Shown: positions 10,313 through 21,510 of the stretch, piece by piece | Position numbering within the stretch: the stretch's first letter is position 1 | Layout of the letters: each line of letters opens with the position of its first letter | Position numbers and translations under genes: made by a program | Notes under the pieces: generated by a model | What the model was told of the DNA's origin: nothing | Databases searched by the model: none | The model's input: only the letters and a program-made list of their open reading frames with translations | Source: an uncultured Alphaproteobacteria bacterium | GTDB lineage: Bacteria > Pseudomonadota > Alphaproteobacteria > HIMB59 > GCA-002718135 | Assembly: GCA_902614085.1 (NCBI GenBank) | Contig: CACMJS010000001.1 | Coordinates: 197,397 to 261,396, forward strand | Length of the DNA: 64,000 nucleotides | Direction: 5' to 3'

Positions 10313-11122
10313 TTATTTTAAAGAAATCAAATCATTCATAGAAAAAAATCCCATTTTTTTCTTTGATACAAATACTGCGGCATCAATAGCGCCTGTTACA
10401 AAAATTGATCTGTTATTAGCCTTATGCACTAAATCTATTCTGTCATTTGATCCTATAAAACTTACTGTGTGCTCACCTGCAATTTCACCGCCTCTTGTTA
10501 CAGAAAAACCAATGTCGCCTTTTTTTCTAGATATTAGTTTTTTTGTACGATCTAAAACTTTTGAGTTATTTAACTTAGTTTTTCTACCTGCAGCAGCATA
10601 CTCGCCAAGAGATAATGCAGTTCCAGAGGGGGCATCTTTTTTATGTTTGTGATGAGTCTCAGCAATTTCAATATCATAATCAGTATCTTTTAAGGCTGAT
10701 GCTGTTTGTTTTACTAAGTTAAATAGTAAGTTAACACCCAAGCTCATGTTAGAAGACATGAGTATCGGTATTTTTTTAGAATAACTTTTTACTTTCTTTT
10801 TTTGTGCGTCTGTCATTCCAGTTGTACCAATAACAACTGCCGTTTTATTTGCAGAAGCGATTTTAAGATTATCTAAAGTGGACTCAGGTGTTGTAAAATC
10901 AATGATGACATTTGCTTCTTTGATTAACTGAGCTGCATTAGCTGTAACCAATTTTGCAGAGTGTATACTTGAAACTTTGTTTAAGGGTTTGTTTATATTT
11001 TTATGTTTTTTGTGTTCAAAACCACCGACAAATTCTAAATTTTTATTTTGTAAAATTTGTTTCGATATTTCCTGACCCATTCGGCCAAGACAACCTGCAA
11101 CTGCTATTTTAATTTTTGCCAT
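10313..11122 (-). CDS. dapB: 4-hydroxy-tetrahydrodipicolinate reductase
   Basis: GCLGRMG, IDFT, GTTG, ETHHKHKKDAPSGTA motifs. Confidence 0.97.
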   Translation of the reverse strand: MAKIKIAVAGCLGRMGQEISKQILQNKNLEFVGGFEHKKHKNINKPLNKVSSIHSAKLVTANAAQLIKEANVIIDFTTPESTLDNLKIASANKTAVVIGTTGMTDAQKKKVKSYSKKIPILMSSNMSLGVNLLFNLVKQTASALKDTDYDIEIAETHHKHKKDAPSGTALSLGEYAAAGRKTKLNNSKVLDRTKKLISRKKGDIGFSVTRGGEIAGEHTVSFIGSNDRIDLVHKANNRSIFVTGAIDAAVFVSKKKMGFFSMNDLISLK

Positions 11123-11163
11123 AAAAACTTCTTATACTTTGGTGATTGTAAGTTGAAAAGAAA

Positions 11164-12297
11164 TTAAGTTAAATCTTCCCAGACTTCTTTTAATTTTGAG
11201 AAAAAACCTTGCGATTTTGGGCTATGTTTTTTCGATGTCCCACCTTCATTTTCAAACTCTCTCAAAATATCTTTTTGTTTGCTATTTAGGTTAACTGGTA
11301 TTTCAACGTTTGCTTGCACATACATATCTCCACGTCTACTTTGTCGAAGTATACTCATTCCTTTGCCACGAAGTCTAAATTGTGTCTCAGATTGAGTTCC
11401 CGCTGGAATATTAAGTCTGGCTTTTTTTCCCTCTATTGTTGGTACTTCTATTTCGCCACCTAAAATAGCAGTAGTGATTGAAATTGGTATTTCACAAAAT
11501 AAATTTTCTTCTTCTCTTTCAAAGAGTTTATCTTTTTGAACTTCAACAAAAATATAGAGATCCCCATTTCCTGCACCTCTTTCACCAGGCTCACCTTCTC
11601 CAGCTATGCGAATTCTTGTACCTGTATCAACACCAGCGGGAATAGTAACTGAAATTGTTTTCTGTTTTTTAATATTTCCAGTTCCAGAACATTTAAGACA
11701 TGGATTTTTTATACTTGAACCTTCTCCACCACATGTAGGGCATGGTCTTTCAATTGAAAAGAATCCTTGTTGAGATCGAACTTTTCCTGCACCACCACAA
11801 GTAGAGCAAGTACTTGGTCCAGATTTATCTGCACTTCCAGTTGCTGCACAAGCATCACAGCCAACGTATGTAGGTATTCTTATTTGTGGTTTCTTTCCAG
11901 TGAAAGCTTCGAATAGTGAAACGGACATATTATAACGAAGATCACTTCCTCTTTGAGGTCCTCGTCTTCTTGATGATTGTCCTCCAAAACCCCCACCAAA
12001 GAACTCTTCAAAGATATCAGAAAAGCCACCTGCAAAATCTCCAAAGCCTTGAGCTCCACCCATTCCACCTTGTTTGAAAGCGTCATGTCCATATTGATCA
12101 TAAGCTGATCTTTTTTCTGAATCTTTTAGAACTTCATAAGCAGCAGCTGCTTCTTTGAATTTTCTTTCAGCTGTTTTGTCATCCTTGTTACGATCAGGAT
12201 GATATTTCATGGCTTGTTTTCTATAAGCTTTTTTTATTTCATCTTCACTGGCATTTCGTTGAACACCTAGTATCTCATAGAAATCTTTATCAGCCAC
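11164..12297 (-). CDS. dnaJ: Chaperone DnaJ
   Basis: J domain with HPD, G/F region, four CxxCxGxG-type repeats. Confidence 0.98.
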   Translation of the reverse strand: MADKDFYEILGVQRNASEDEIKKAYRKQAMKYHPDRNKDDKTAERKFKEAAAAYEVLKDSEKRSAYDQYGHDAFKQGGMGGAQGFGDFAGGFSDIFEEFFGGGFGGQSSRRRGPQRGSDLRYNMSVSLFEAFTGKKPQIRIPTYVGCDACAATGSADKSGPSTCSTCGGAGKVRSQQGFFSIERPCPTCGGEGSSIKNPCLKCSGTGNIKKQKTISVTIPAGVDTGTRIRIAGEGEPGERGAGNGDLYIFVEVQKDKLFEREEENLFCEIPISITTAILGGEIEVPTIEGKKARLNIPAGTQSETQFRLRGKGMSILRQSRRGDMYVQANVEIPVNLNSKQKDILREFENEGGTSKKHSPKSQGFFSKLKEVWEDLT

Positions 12298-12325
12298 ATC
12301 TCCTCCTTATAAAAATTATGGAGCG

Positions 12326-14248
12326 TTAATCTTTTTTATCTTCGTCTACTTCTTCAAATTCTGCATCTACAACTTTTTCATCTTTTGTATTATCAGCTGA
12401 TGGTTCAGCACCAGATGGATCAGGTTGAGGTCCAGCACCTTGAGGGTTTTGTTTATAAATTGCCTCACCCATTTTAAGAGATGACTGAACAAGTGCTTCA
12501 GTTTTAGATTTTATAGCTTCTAAGTCGTCACCGTCTTTTACTTTCTTAAGCTCTTCAATATCCTCTGTGATTTTATTTCTATCAGCTTCAGGAATTTTAT
12601 CTCCGTGCTCTTTTAAGTTCTTTTCAGTTTCATTAATTAAACTATCAGCATGGTTTCTAGTATCAACAGCTTCTCTTTTCTTTTTGTCAGCTTCGGCATT
12701 TTCTTCTGCTTCTTTGACCATTTTTTCAATCTCTTCATCTGATAATCCACCAGAAGCCTGGATCTTGATTTGTTGCTCTTTTCCAGTTGATTTATCTTTA
12801 GCCGAAACATTTACGATGCCGTTTGCATCGATATCAAAAGTTACTTCAATTTGAGGCATCCCTCTTGCGGCAGGTGGAATACCTACTAAATCAAACTGAC
12901 CTAGTAATTTGTTGTCAGCAGCCATCTCTCTTTCACCTTGAAACACTCTAATTGTTACTGCGCTCTGATTATCTTCAGCTGTAGAAAATACCTGGCTCTT
13001 CTTTGTTGGGATAGTTGTGTTTTTATCAATTAGTTTTGTGAATACACCTCCAAGTGTTTCAATACCAAGTGATAAAGGTGTAACATCAAGTAATAATACA
13101 TCTTTGACATCACCTTGTAATACGCCTGCTTGAATAGCAGCACCAGATGCTACAACTTCATCTGGGTTAACACCTTTGTTAGGTTCTTTACCAAAGAAGT
13201 TTTTTACTATCTCTGTTACTTTAGGCATTCTTGTCATACCACCAACTAAAATAACATCATCAATTTCAGCAGCTTGTAAACCGGCATCTTTAAGTGCCAT
13301 TTCGCAAGGTTTTAAACTTTGGTTCAAAAGTTCTCCTACGATAGCTTCAAGTTTTGCTCTCGATAACTTAATCGTTAAATGTTTAGGACCAGATTGATCA
13401 GCTGTTATGAATGGTAAGTTAACTTCTGTTTCAGTTGAACTTGACAATTCAATTTTTGCTTTCTCAGCAGCCTCTTTCAAACGTTGAAGGGCAAGTTTAT
13501 CTGAACGTAAATCAATACCATTATCTTTTTTGAATTCATCAGCGAGATAATCAATGATTTTAAGATCAAAATCTTCACCACCAAGGTGTGTATCACCATT
13601 GGTTGATTTAACTTCAAAAACACCGTCGCCTATTTCTAAGATGGAAATATCAAATGTACCTCCACCAAGATCATAAACAGCAACAGTACCTGTTTTCTTT
13701 TTATCTAAACCATATGCTAACGCTGCAGCAGTAGGTTCGTTAATAATTCTTAAAACTTCTAGTCCAGCTATTTTTCCAGCATCTTTTGTTGCTTGTCTTT
13801 GAGCATCATTAAAATATGCAGGAACTGTTATAACTGCTTGTGTAACGGTATCTCCTAAATAAGACTCAGCCGTCTCTTTCATTTTTTGTAAAATAAATGC
13901 ACTAATTTGACTTGGACTATATTTATCTCCACGTGCTTCTACCCAAGCATCACCGTTATCACCTTTTACTATTTTATAAGGTACTAGTCCGCTGTCAGAC
14001 TTAACAGCTTCATCCTCAAATGTTCTTCCGATTAATCTTTTTATGGCAAATAAAGTATTTTCAGAATTAGTTACTGCTTGTCTTTTAGCTGATTGTCCAA
14101 CAAGTTTTTCTTTTGTGTCACTGAATGCTACCATTGAAGGAGTTGTTCTTCCACCCTCAGAGTTTTCAATTACTTTTGCTTCCTTACCGTCCATTACTGC
14201 AACGCAGGAGTTTGTAGTACCTAAATCAATACCAATTACTTTTGCCAT
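12326..14248 (-). CDS. dnaK: Chaperone DnaK (Hsp70)
   Basis: [35 protein letters not shown] motifs. Confidence 0.99.
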   Translation of the reverse strand: MAKVIGIDLGTTNSCVAVMDGKEAKVIENSEGGRTTPSMVAFSDTKEKLVGQSAKRQAVTNSENTLFAIKRLIGRTFEDEAVKSDSGLVPYKIVKGDNGDAWVEARGDKYSPSQISAFILQKMKETAESYLGDTVTQAVITVPAYFNDAQRQATKDAGKIAGLEVLRIINEPTAAALAYGLDKKKTGTVAVYDLGGGTFDISILEIGDGVFEVKSTNGDTHLGGEDFDLKIIDYLADEFKKDNGIDLRSDKLALQRLKEAAEKAKIELSSSTETEVNLPFITADQSGPKHLTIKLSRAKLEAIVGELLNQSLKPCEMALKDAGLQAAEIDDVILVGGMTRMPKVTEIVKNFFGKEPNKGVNPDEVVASGAAIQAGVLQGDVKDVLLLDVTPLSLGIETLGGVFTKLIDKNTTIPTKKSQVFSTAEDNQSAVTIRVFQGEREMAADNKLLGQFDLVGIPPAARGMPQIEVTFDIDANGIVNVSAKDKSTGKEQQIKIQASGGLSDEEIEKMVKEAEENAEADKKKREAVDTRNHADSLINETEKNLKEHGDKIPEADRNKITEDIEELKKVKDGDDLEAIKSKTEALVQSSLKMGEAIYKQNPQGAGPQPDPSGAEPSADNTKDEKVVDAEFEEVDEDKKD

Positions 14249-14298
14249 ATTTTTTATCCTCTTTACTTAATTATTTACCAACCAACATTGGCTACATT

Positions 14299-14360
14299 AG
14301 ATATGGGAAAAAAGTTTTAAAATACAAGGATGTTTGGGATTTATATTAAAAAATACAAGC
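14299..14360 (-). promoter_or_regulatory. Tandem sigma32 (RpoH)-like promoters for dnaK
   Basis: Minus strand reads CTTG-N17-CCCATAT (14328..14301) and, 31 bp upstream, CTTG-N17-CCCAAAC (14359..14332); matches the RpoH consensus pattern. Confidence 0.65.
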
Positions 14361-14373
14361 AAATTAAGGCTTT

Positions 14374-15045
14374 TTATGACTTTTCTTTACTCTCATTTTC
14401 AGGATTATCTTCTTCTTTTTCTTCTTTAGGCTCTTCTGTTTTAGCGACTGGTTTTTTAGAAACTCCGACCATTGCTGCTCTGAGCAATCGGTCATGCATT
14501 GTATAGCCAGATTGGACTTCTTGTACTACTGTTCCTTCTTCAACTTCATTATTTTCAACTTCCATCATTGCTTGATGAAAATTATGGTCAAATTTTTGAT
14601 TTAAAGTTTCAATTTTTTTGACACCGTGTTTTTCAAGAGTACTTTTGTATTCTTTAAGCACCATTTTTAAACCATCGATAAGATTTTTTATACTTTCTGG
14701 ATGATTTTCATCTTCTGGTAAAGCATCTAGCGCTCTTTCTAAATTATCTCCTGGCGATAGAATGTCTCTTGCTAAATTTATGCTACCAAACTTTATTGTT
14801 TCAACTTTTTCTCGTTCAAATCTTTTTCTAAGATTTTCCATTTCAGCGAGTAACCTAATTTTTTCTTCTTTTAGTGTTTCAATTTCTTTTTCTAAGCTGT
14901 CTTCTTCTGAATTCTCATCTTCAGTTGTCTCTCCTGTATCTGTGTTTTCTTGAGTATCATTATTATCTTCATCGTTTTCAATATTCTCAGAATCAGGTTC
15001 TTTTATTTCTTCTTGTTGGTTATCTTCTTCTTTTTTTTCAACCAT
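14374..15045 (-). CDS. grpE: Nucleotide exchange factor GrpE
   Basis: RLLAEMENLRKR, FDHNFHQAM, GYTMHDRLLRAAMVGV. Confidence 0.97.
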   Translation of the reverse strand: MVEKKEEDNQQEEIKEPDSENIENDEDNNDTQENTDTGETTEDENSEEDSLEKEIETLKEEKIRLLAEMENLRKRFEREKVETIKFGSINLARDILSPGDNLERALDALPEDENHPESIKNLIDGLKMVLKEYKSTLEKHGVKKIETLNQKFDHNFHQAMMEVENNEVEEGTVVQEVQSGYTMHDRLLRAAMVGVSKKPVAKTEEPKEEKEEDNPENESKEKS

Positions 15046-16091
15046 TAATCAATCACCTTTCCAATAATTTTAGACGTATAATCAACAAGAGGAACTATTT
15101 TGGAGTAGTTTAGTCTTGTTGGTCCAACTACACCTATAGCTCCTATAATTTCTTGATCATTGTTTTTATATGGGGCCATTACCATAGAAAGACCAGAGTG
15201 TTTAAACAAAAAATTTTTTGATCCAATAAAAATCTGAACCCCTTTTGCTTTTCCTGCGGTTTCTAATATATCCACAAAACTAGATTTTTTCTCAATTTCA
15301 TCAAAAAGATTTCTAATTTGATCTAAATCTTTCGAAACAATTTCATCTTTTAATAAATTTGATTGACCATGTAGAAAAATGTAAGGATTTTTACTATTAG
15401 GCTGAGTTTCAATAATACCCTGTTGAATTAACTTTGAAGAAATTAATTCTAGTTCATTTTGTGAATTTTTTATTTCTGTTTGAATAAATCTTTTTATTTG
15501 AGAGATATTTTTGTTAGTAAACTTTGATGTAAGATAGTTTGAGGCCTGTATTAATAATGAACTATTATACTTTCCATTATCTTCAATTATACGATTTTCT
15601 ACTTCTCCATTCTCATAAGCAAGAATAAGCATTAATTGGCTACTATTTAATCTAATAAACTCAACATGCTTTATGTTTTTTTGAAATTTTGGTGCAATAA
15701 CTATTCCTGCATAACTCGATAATCCTGAAATTGCCTTGGAAGCAACATCGAGCACCTCTTCATAAGATTTTCCCTTTGTTAAACACTGTTGTTTAATATT
15801 TTCTTTATCTATTTTTGAAATTCTTCCAAACTCTAAAAGTCCGTCGACAAAAAACCTCATCCCTTTCTCAGTAGGCATTCTACCTGCTGATCTATGCGGG
15901 GCGTACAGTAGTCCTTCTTTTTGTAAATTTGATAAAATGGATCTAATTGAAGCTGAGGAAAGATTTAAACCTCCCATTTTCATAATAGTTTCTGATCCTG
16001 CTGGAGAGCCGGTTTTAAGATATGACTCAACTAATTTTTTAAAAATTAATTTCGATCTGTCATTAATTTGTGCATATACATTATCAGACAT
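15045..16091 (-). CDS. hrcA: Heat-inducible transcription repressor HrcA
   Basis: N-terminal wHTH SSASIR...PHRSAGRMPTEKG, C-terminal GAIGVVGPTRLNY. Confidence 0.95.
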   Translation of the reverse strand: MSDNVYAQINDRSKLIFKKLVESYLKTGSPAGSETIMKMGGLNLSSASIRSILSNLQKEGLLYAPHRSAGRMPTEKGMRFFVDGLLEFGRISKIDKENIKQQCLTKGKSYEEVLDVASKAISGLSSYAGIVIAPKFQKNIKHVEFIRLNSSQLMLILAYENGEVENRIIEDNGKYNSSLLIQASNYLTSKFTNKNISQIKRFIQTEIKNSQNELELISSKLIQQGIIETQPNSKNPYIFLHGQSNLLKDEIVSKDLDQIRNLFDEIEKKSSFVDILETAGKAKGVQIFIGSKNFLFKHSGLSMVMAPYKNNDQEIIGAIGVVGPTRLNYSKIVPLVDYTSKIIGKVID

Positions 16092-16138
16092 AAGAATTTT
16101 ATTTAAAAATAATATTTATCTACTATTATTAAATTTAT

Positions 16139-16849
16139 ATGAGAAAAGATAGATCCTTCAATCAAATGCGTGAAATTTCATTTGAGAAAGATGTAAATAT
16201 TCATGCTGATGGTTCATGCTTAGTAAAGTTTGGTAACACACATGTTCTTTGTCTTGCAACTATTGATGAGAAAGTTCCTCACTGGTTAAAAAATACTGGT
16301 AAAGGTTGGGTTACAGCAGAATATGGCATGATACCAAGATCAACAAATACTAGAATGGACAGAGAGGCTGCAAAAGGAAAGCAGTCAGGTAGAACGCAAG
16401 AAATACAGAGGTTAATTGGACGTAGCTTAAGATCTATTGTGGATCTTTCAAACCTTGGAGAGCGTCAAATAAAAATAGACTGTGATGTAATTCAAGCAGA
16501 TGGCGGGACAAGAACCGCTTCTATCAGTGGTGGTTTTATTTCTTTATATCTGGCAATAGAAAAATTAAAGAATAATTATAATCTCCAAAAACCTATTATC
16601 AAAAACTTTATAGGGGCAGTATCAACTGGCATAGTGGAAAATAAAGCATTATTGGATCTAGATTATAGGGAAGACTCCGAAGCTCAAGTAGATGCAAATT
16701 TTGTAATTTGTGATTCAGATGAAATATCTGAAATTCAAGTTACTGGTGAAGAATTTTTTTTCAATGATGCTCAGTTTACAGAAATGTTTTCACTAGCAAA
16801 AATTGGGGTTAAAGAAATAATTTCTAAACAAAAAGAGGCTTTGAAATAA
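16139..16849 (+). CDS. rph: Ribonuclease PH
   Basis: GWVTAEYGMIPRST, GRTQEIQRLIGRSLR, QADGGTRTASI. Confidence 0.97.
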   Translation: MRKDRSFNQMREISFEKDVNIHADGSCLVKFGNTHVLCLATIDEKVPHWLKNTGKGWVTAEYGMIPRSTNTRMDREAAKGKQSGRTQEIQRLIGRSLRSIVDLSNLGERQIKIDCDVIQADGGTRTASISGGFISLYLAIEKLKNNYNLQKPIIKNFIGAVSTGIVENKALLDLDYREDSEAQVDANFVICDSDEISEIQVTGEEFFFNDAQFTEMFSLAKIGVKEIISKQKEALK

Positions 16850-16850
16850 A

Positions 16851-17432
16851 TTGAAGCAATTATTATTTTTCTCAAATAATAAAAATAAAATAATTGAAAT
16901 TAAAAAAATTTTTAAAAAATTTAATTTTGATCTTCTTTCGCTAAATGATCTAAACATAAGTGAAGAGCCAGAAGAAAGCGGTCAAACATTTGAGGAAAAT
17001 GCAAAAATAAAATCAGACCACGGATTTAATAAAACTGGTATTCCTTGTTTTGCAGATGACTCAGGCATATGTATTGAAAGCTTAAATTGGAAACCTGGTG
17101 TTCTTTCAAAAAGATTTTTAAATAATTTTAAAAATAAAGAAGTCTGTTTTAAAAGTATTTTTAAAAGTATTAAAAATAGCGGCAAACAAAATGCTTATTT
17201 TAAAACTTCAATAAGTTTAACAATTAATAAAAATCAAAACATTATTTTTAATGGCAAAATTTATGGAAGAATTTCTGAACAAATTAAGGGTAGTTTTGGT
17301 TTTGGTTATGACCCAATATTCATTCCTAAAAATTATAATAAAACATTAGCTGAACTAAGTACTAAAGATAAAAATGAAATCAGTCACAGGTCTATAGCTG
17401 TAAATAAATTAATAAACTTTTTATCTAATTAA
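16851..17432 (+). CDS. rdgB: RdgB/HAM1 non-canonical purine NTP pyrophosphatase
   Basis: ADDSG, FGYDPIF, KNEISHR motifs; follows rph. Confidence 0.95.
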   Translation: MKQLLFFSNNKNKIIEIKKIFKKFNFDLLSLNDLNISEEPEESGQTFEENAKIKSDHGFNKTGIPCFADDSGICIESLNWKPGVLSKRFLNNFKNKEVCFKSIFKSIKNSGKQNAYFKTSISLTINKNQNIIFNGKIYGRISEQIKGSFGFGYDPIFIPKNYNKTLAELSTKDKNEISHRSIAVNKLINFLSN

Positions 17433-18753
17433 TGACAAAAGAATTTCCGTTACTTATCTTTAGAATGTCCAAATTTCTTTCAATCATATTATTTTTAAAA
17501 TAAAAATTTCCATCAATACCATCAAATTTTTTATTTGGATTGTTTAGTAACTCAATAACATCTCCAAATTTATATTCTTTGGTATAAATGAAGTTTATTA
17601 AACCCATCAAATCATATGGTAATGTTGAAATTCTTAAAAACTCTTCTTCATATATTTCCATATAGTTATTAATTAAGTTTATTCTCCTTGTTTCAGGAAT
17701 GCCTGGAAAGATTGCTCCCTGCAATGAGGGTTCATAAAAGAAAGTTTTATCATCTATTACTCCAGTGCCCATAAACTGAACAATATTAGGATCTATGTCG
17801 TAATATGGGAGAAGAGGCGCAACTTGTAATAGATTTAAACCGTAGTCTGCGATCAGGATATGGGTAAAATCATAGTCGCTAGTAGTTTTAAATCTTTCTA
17901 ATTTTTTTAACCTTTTTTTTGATTTTTCATCTTTTTTAGAAGATAAAATCTGTTTTTGCCTATTTAATTCATATTTTCTTAACTCATATTTTCCTAGTTC
18001 TTTTATTGAATCTCTTACATTAGATAAGTCGTCTTTATACGAGGATCTATTTACTAAGATTGCCGGACTTTCAAAAATTACCTCATCTACATAACTGTTT
18101 ATTAAATATCCGTATTCATTTTCAGGATAAAGGAGGGCTACTTTTGCACCTTCTTTTAAATATAGAAGAAGTTGAGAGAGTTCATTTTTAGGGAAAAAGT
18201 TCAATAAATAAACGCAATCATTAGCAAGTGAAGATCTAGAGGAAAATGAGAAAAAAATTACATTATGATTGCAGTAATTATTTAAAATTTTTGTATGTTT
18301 TGTTTGAACAGGCCCAAGGAATAATCGACCTGGTGAAAGATTACTTTCTATAATATTTTTTAGGTCTATTTCGGTTTCGAAAAATTCTATTTGTAAATTA
18401 ATATTCTTTATTTCTAAGTTATAAATTGCTAACTCATAAGAATTTAAAAATTGTTTTGTTATTTTTTCATCATCATTTTTTGCAAATAAAGCAATAATTG
18501 TTTTGTCTAGGACAACATGGTCTAGACTCTTATTTTGTTTAATTTGTGTATTTTCTTTTTTTTCAATTACTTTTTTTTCATTTATTATATCAACTGATTT
18601 ATCAGAAATGTTTGTTTCTTGAGAACTTTTTGTATCTTGCTTAGAGAGATTTACTGGGGTACACGAAATAATAAATATAAATATATAAATAATGGATAAA
18701 ATTATTAATGGTCTTTCAATTGTAGCAACGCCTATTGGGAATTTAGATGACAT
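17425..18753 (-). CDS. LppC/LpoA-like penicillin-binding protein activator lipoprotein
   Basis: Lipobox-like IISC; periplasmic-binding-fold motifs (LGP, LYPENEYG, FDGIDGNFYF...RNL); divergent from rsmI as is typical. Start uncertain. Confidence 0.7.
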   Translation of the reverse strand: MSSKFPIGVATIERPLIILSIIYIFIFIISCTPVNLSKQDTKSSQETNISDKSVDIINEKKVIEKKENTQIKQNKSLDHVVLDKTIIALFAKNDDEKITKQFLNSYELAIYNLEIKNINLQIEFFETEIDLKNIIESNLSPGRLFLGPVQTKHTKILNNYCNHNVIFFSFSSRSSLANDCVYLLNFFPKNELSQLLLYLKEGAKVALLYPENEYGYLINSYVDEVIFESPAILVNRSSYKDDLSNVRDSIKELGKYELRKYELNRQKQILSSKKDEKSKKRLKKLERFKTTSDYDFTHILIADYGLNLLQVAPLLPYYDIDPNIVQFMGTGVIDDKTFFYEPSLQGAIFPGIPETRRINLINNYMEIYEEEFLRISTLPYDLMGLINFIYTKEYKFGDVIELLNNPNKKFDGIDGNFYFKNNMIERNLDILKISNGNSFVIN

Positions 18754-19534
18754 AACCTATAGAGCTGTAAAAATACTCGGAGCATGTGATATTATTATTT
18801 GTGAAAATCCTAAACATTCACTTAAACTACTAAATAAATTAGGCATTAAAAAGAAATTAATTGCTTTACACGATTATAATGAATACAAAATTATAGATCA
18901 GATTAAGGATTTGTTAAAAAATAAAATTTGTGTCCTTATTTCTGATGCAGGATCTCCACTTATTTCAGATCCTGGATATAATTTAGTACAATATTGTATT
19001 TCAAATAATATCAGGGTAACCTCTATACCTGGCCCTTCTTCAATTTTATCGAGTTTGCAGTTATCTGGACTACCAATATCTGAATTTGCTTTTTTTGGTT
19101 TTGTTCCAAAATCTAAAAAAAAGATAGAGGATCTTGTTAAGAATATTTTTCAAGAAAAGAGGACTTCTGTATTTTTTGTCTCAAGTCATAAATTGATTCT
19201 TTTTCTAGAGTGCCTAGAAAATATAATACCTGAAAGAACGATATCAATATGTAAAGAACTTACAAAGGTAAATGAATTTGTTTTTAGAGGAGATCCAGGC
19301 AATGTTAAAAATAAAATACTAGAAGATAAAGAAAATATTAAAGGAGAGTTTGTTGCTGTTATTGATAGGCAAACATCAAAAAATCAAGATTTTGACAACA
19401 TTGATTTGTATAGCAAAGAATTAAAAAAGATGGCTACAAAATTTTCTTTGACCGACATCGTCGAAATAGTACATAAATTTACAAAAATTAATAAAAACAA
19501 AATTTACAAATGGTTGTTAAAATTAAGAAAATAA
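18692..19534 (+). CDS. rsmI: 16S rRNA C1402 2'-O-methyltransferase
   Basis: VATPIGNLDDITYRA, ISDAGSPLISDPG, KELTK, KGEF. Confidence 0.95.
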   Translation: MDKIINGLSIVATPIGNLDDITYRAVKILGACDIIICENPKHSLKLLNKLGIKKKLIALHDYNEYKIIDQIKDLLKNKICVLISDAGSPLISDPGYNLVQYCISNNIRVTSIPGPSSILSSLQLSGLPISEFAFFGFVPKSKKKIEDLVKNIFQEKRTSVFFVSSHKLILFLECLENIIPERTISICKELTKVNEFVFRGDPGNVKNKILEDKENIKGEFVAVIDRQTSKNQDFDNIDLYSKELKKMATKFSLTDIVEIVHKFTKINKNKIYKWLLKLRK

Positions 19535-20118
19535 TTAAAATTTTATTTGTTCCAATTTTTTTAATTTTTGCGTCTATTAATTATGGATGCTCACCTGCAG
19601 GTGTGCTTGCTACAGGTGGAGGCGGTGCAATGGTAGTTGCTGAGGGAGAAAGATCTCTTGGTACCGTAGTAGATGATGCAACCATTAAGGTTAATATTGC
19701 CGCTAAATTCTTAAATGCAGGAAACAATCTTTTTGTAAATATAAACACAAGTGTATTAGAGGGTAGAATTTTATTAACAGGCCTTGTTGATAATCAAGAA
19801 ATTAGAATTGATGCAGTAAGGTTAGTTTGGGAAGTTGAGGGAGTTAAAGAAATCATAAATGAAATAGAAATTGGGAATAGAGCAACACTAAAAGATTATG
19901 CTAATGATTTATGGATTAATACACAAGCAAGAGCTGTGGCCGCTAAAACCGTAGGAATTAAAGCAATTACATTTAATTTTGAGACAATTAACAGTAAAAT
20001 TTATATAGCGGGAATTTCGGCACGCCCAGATCTGTTAGATGAAATGATTCTTGCACTTAAAAATATAAAAGGTGTAAATGAAATTGTTAACTATGTAATT
20101 ATTAGAGAAAAACTATAA
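19510..20118 (+). CDS. Dual BON-domain lipoprotein (DolP/YraP-like)
   Basis: Lipobox NYGC, ERSLGTVVDD, GRILLTG, two BON repeats. Confidence 0.85.
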   Translation: MVVKIKKIIKILFVPIFLIFASINYGCSPAGVLATGGGGAMVVAEGERSLGTVVDDATIKVNIAAKFLNAGNNLFVNINTSVLEGRILLTGLVDNQEIRIDAVRLVWEVEGVKEIINEIEIGNRATLKDYANDLWINTQARAVAAKTVGIKAITFNFETINSKIYIAGISARPDLLDEMILALKNIKGVNEIVNYVIIREKL

Positions 20119-20119
20119 T

Positions 20120-20470
20120 TTATCTTAAGCTTCCGATTTTTTCTCCTGCTAAAATATGAATATGGAAATGTGGAACCTCTTGTCCACCATCCTCTCCTGA
20201 GTTTGTTATCAACCTATAACCTTTGTTTTCAATATTTAAATTATTTATTACTAGCTGAACACTCTTAAAAAAAGATGTTATATTTTCATTATCTGCATTC
20301 TTTAAAAAATCAGAAAAGGTAGTACAAGGGAATTTTGGTATGCCTAAAACATGTATTTTTGCTTGGGGATTAATATCATTAAAAAATAAGCTAAATTCAT
20401 CTTCGTGAACTTTATCACAAGGTATTTCTTTTCTTAATATTTTTGCAAAAATATTATTTTCATCATACAT
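20120..20470 (-). CDS. HIT family (histidine triad) nucleotide-binding protein
   Basis: NIFAKILRKEIP and GQEVPHFHIHIL. Confidence 0.95.
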   Translation of the reverse strand: MYDENNIFAKILRKEIPCDKVHEDEFSLFFNDINPQAKIHVLGIPKFPCTTFSDFLKNADNENITSFFKSVQLVINNLNIENKGYRLITNSGEDGGQEVPHFHIHILAGEKIGSLR

Positions 20471-20475
20471 TTAAT

Positions 20476-20748
20476 TTACTTTCTTTTATCAAGCTCTTTA
20501 TGAATTTCATTAATGGTAATTTTTTTTGATTTTAATAAAACAAGAAGATGATAAATTACATCAACAGCCTCTTCTATTGTTCTTTTTTTTGATCCTTTTA
20601 AAAAATCTATAATTAATTCTGAGGATTCCTCTCCAAATTTTTGAGCTATTTTTTTTGGCCCTAACTTTAATAACTTATTGGTATACGAATTTTTTTTTCT
20701 TGTTTGTGCTCTATTATTTATAATTTCATTTAAGTCTTCAATTTTCAT
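20476..20748 (-). CDS. hisE: Phosphoribosyl-ATP diphosphatase
   Basis: SYTxxL, KFGEESSE, EAVDVIYHLLV; position in his operon. Confidence 0.93.
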   Translation of the reverse strand: MKIEDLNEIINNRAQTRKKNSYTNKLLKLGPKKIAQKFGEESSELIIDFLKGSKKRTIEEAVDVIYHLLVLLKSKKITINEIHKELDKRK

Positions 20749-20753
20749 AAAAT

Positions 20754-21509
20754 TTAATTTCTAATGCTTATATTTTTATCTTTTAAATATTCCTTTACTT
20801 CTTTAATGCTAATTTCATTAAAATGAAAGACTGAGGCCGCTAATAATGCATCAGCTTTGCCCTTAACTACACCGTCATAGAAATGATCTAGAGTTCCAAC
20901 TCCTCCGCTAGCTATAACTGGTATCTTTATAAATTCTGATACTTTACCCAGTAGTTCATTATCAAAACCAGATTTTGTGCCATCCTTGTCCATTGATGTT
21001 AGAAGAATTTCCCCAGCTCCTAGTTCTTGAGCTTTTTCTATCCAGTTTAAAGCAAGTAAATCAGTTTTCTTAGTCCCACCATGAGAATAAACAAACCAAT
21101 CATCATTGTGTTTTTTTGCATCAACAGCCACTACAATGCATTGGTTTCCAAAATATTCAGAAGCCTCTTTAATGATATTGGGATTTTTAATTGCTGCAGA
21201 ATTTATAGATACTTTGTCAGCGCCAGCTTTAAGTAAGGCTTGTATATTTTCTATTGATGAAATTCCACCACCAACTGTAAGGGGGATAAAAACCTCGTTT
21301 GCAGTTTTTTTAACTACATTGATTATAGTATCTCTATTTTCTAATGATGCGCTAATATCTAAAAAACATATTTCATCAGCCCCATTATCAGAATAGTGTT
21401 TTGCTTGCTCAACAGGATCTCCTGCATCAATTAAATTTAAAAAATTGATACCTTTTACAACTCTTCCATCTTTGACGTCCAAACATGGGATGATTCTTAT
21501 TTTTACCAT
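20754..21509 (-). CDS. hisF: Imidazole glycerol phosphate synthase cyclase subunit
   Basis: [36 protein letters not shown]. Confidence 0.98.
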   Translation of the reverse strand: MVKIRIIPCLDVKDGRVVKGINFLNLIDAGDPVEQAKHYSDNGADEICFLDISASLENRDTIINVVKKTANEVFIPLTVGGGISSIENIQALLKAGADKVSINSAAIKNPNIIKEASEYFGNQCIVVAVDAKKHNDDWFVYSHGGTKKTDLLALNWIEKAQELGAGEILLTSMDKDGTKSGFDNELLGKVSEFIKIPVIASGGVGTLDHFYDGVVKGKADALLAASVFHFNEISIKEVKEYLKDKNISIRN

Positions 21510-21510
21510 T

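Noticed and set aside
14249-16138. CIRCE element expected near hrcA/grpE/dnaK
   Set aside because: No TTAGCACTC-N9-GAGTGCTAA found in the intergenic gaps; RpoH-like promoters are present instead.
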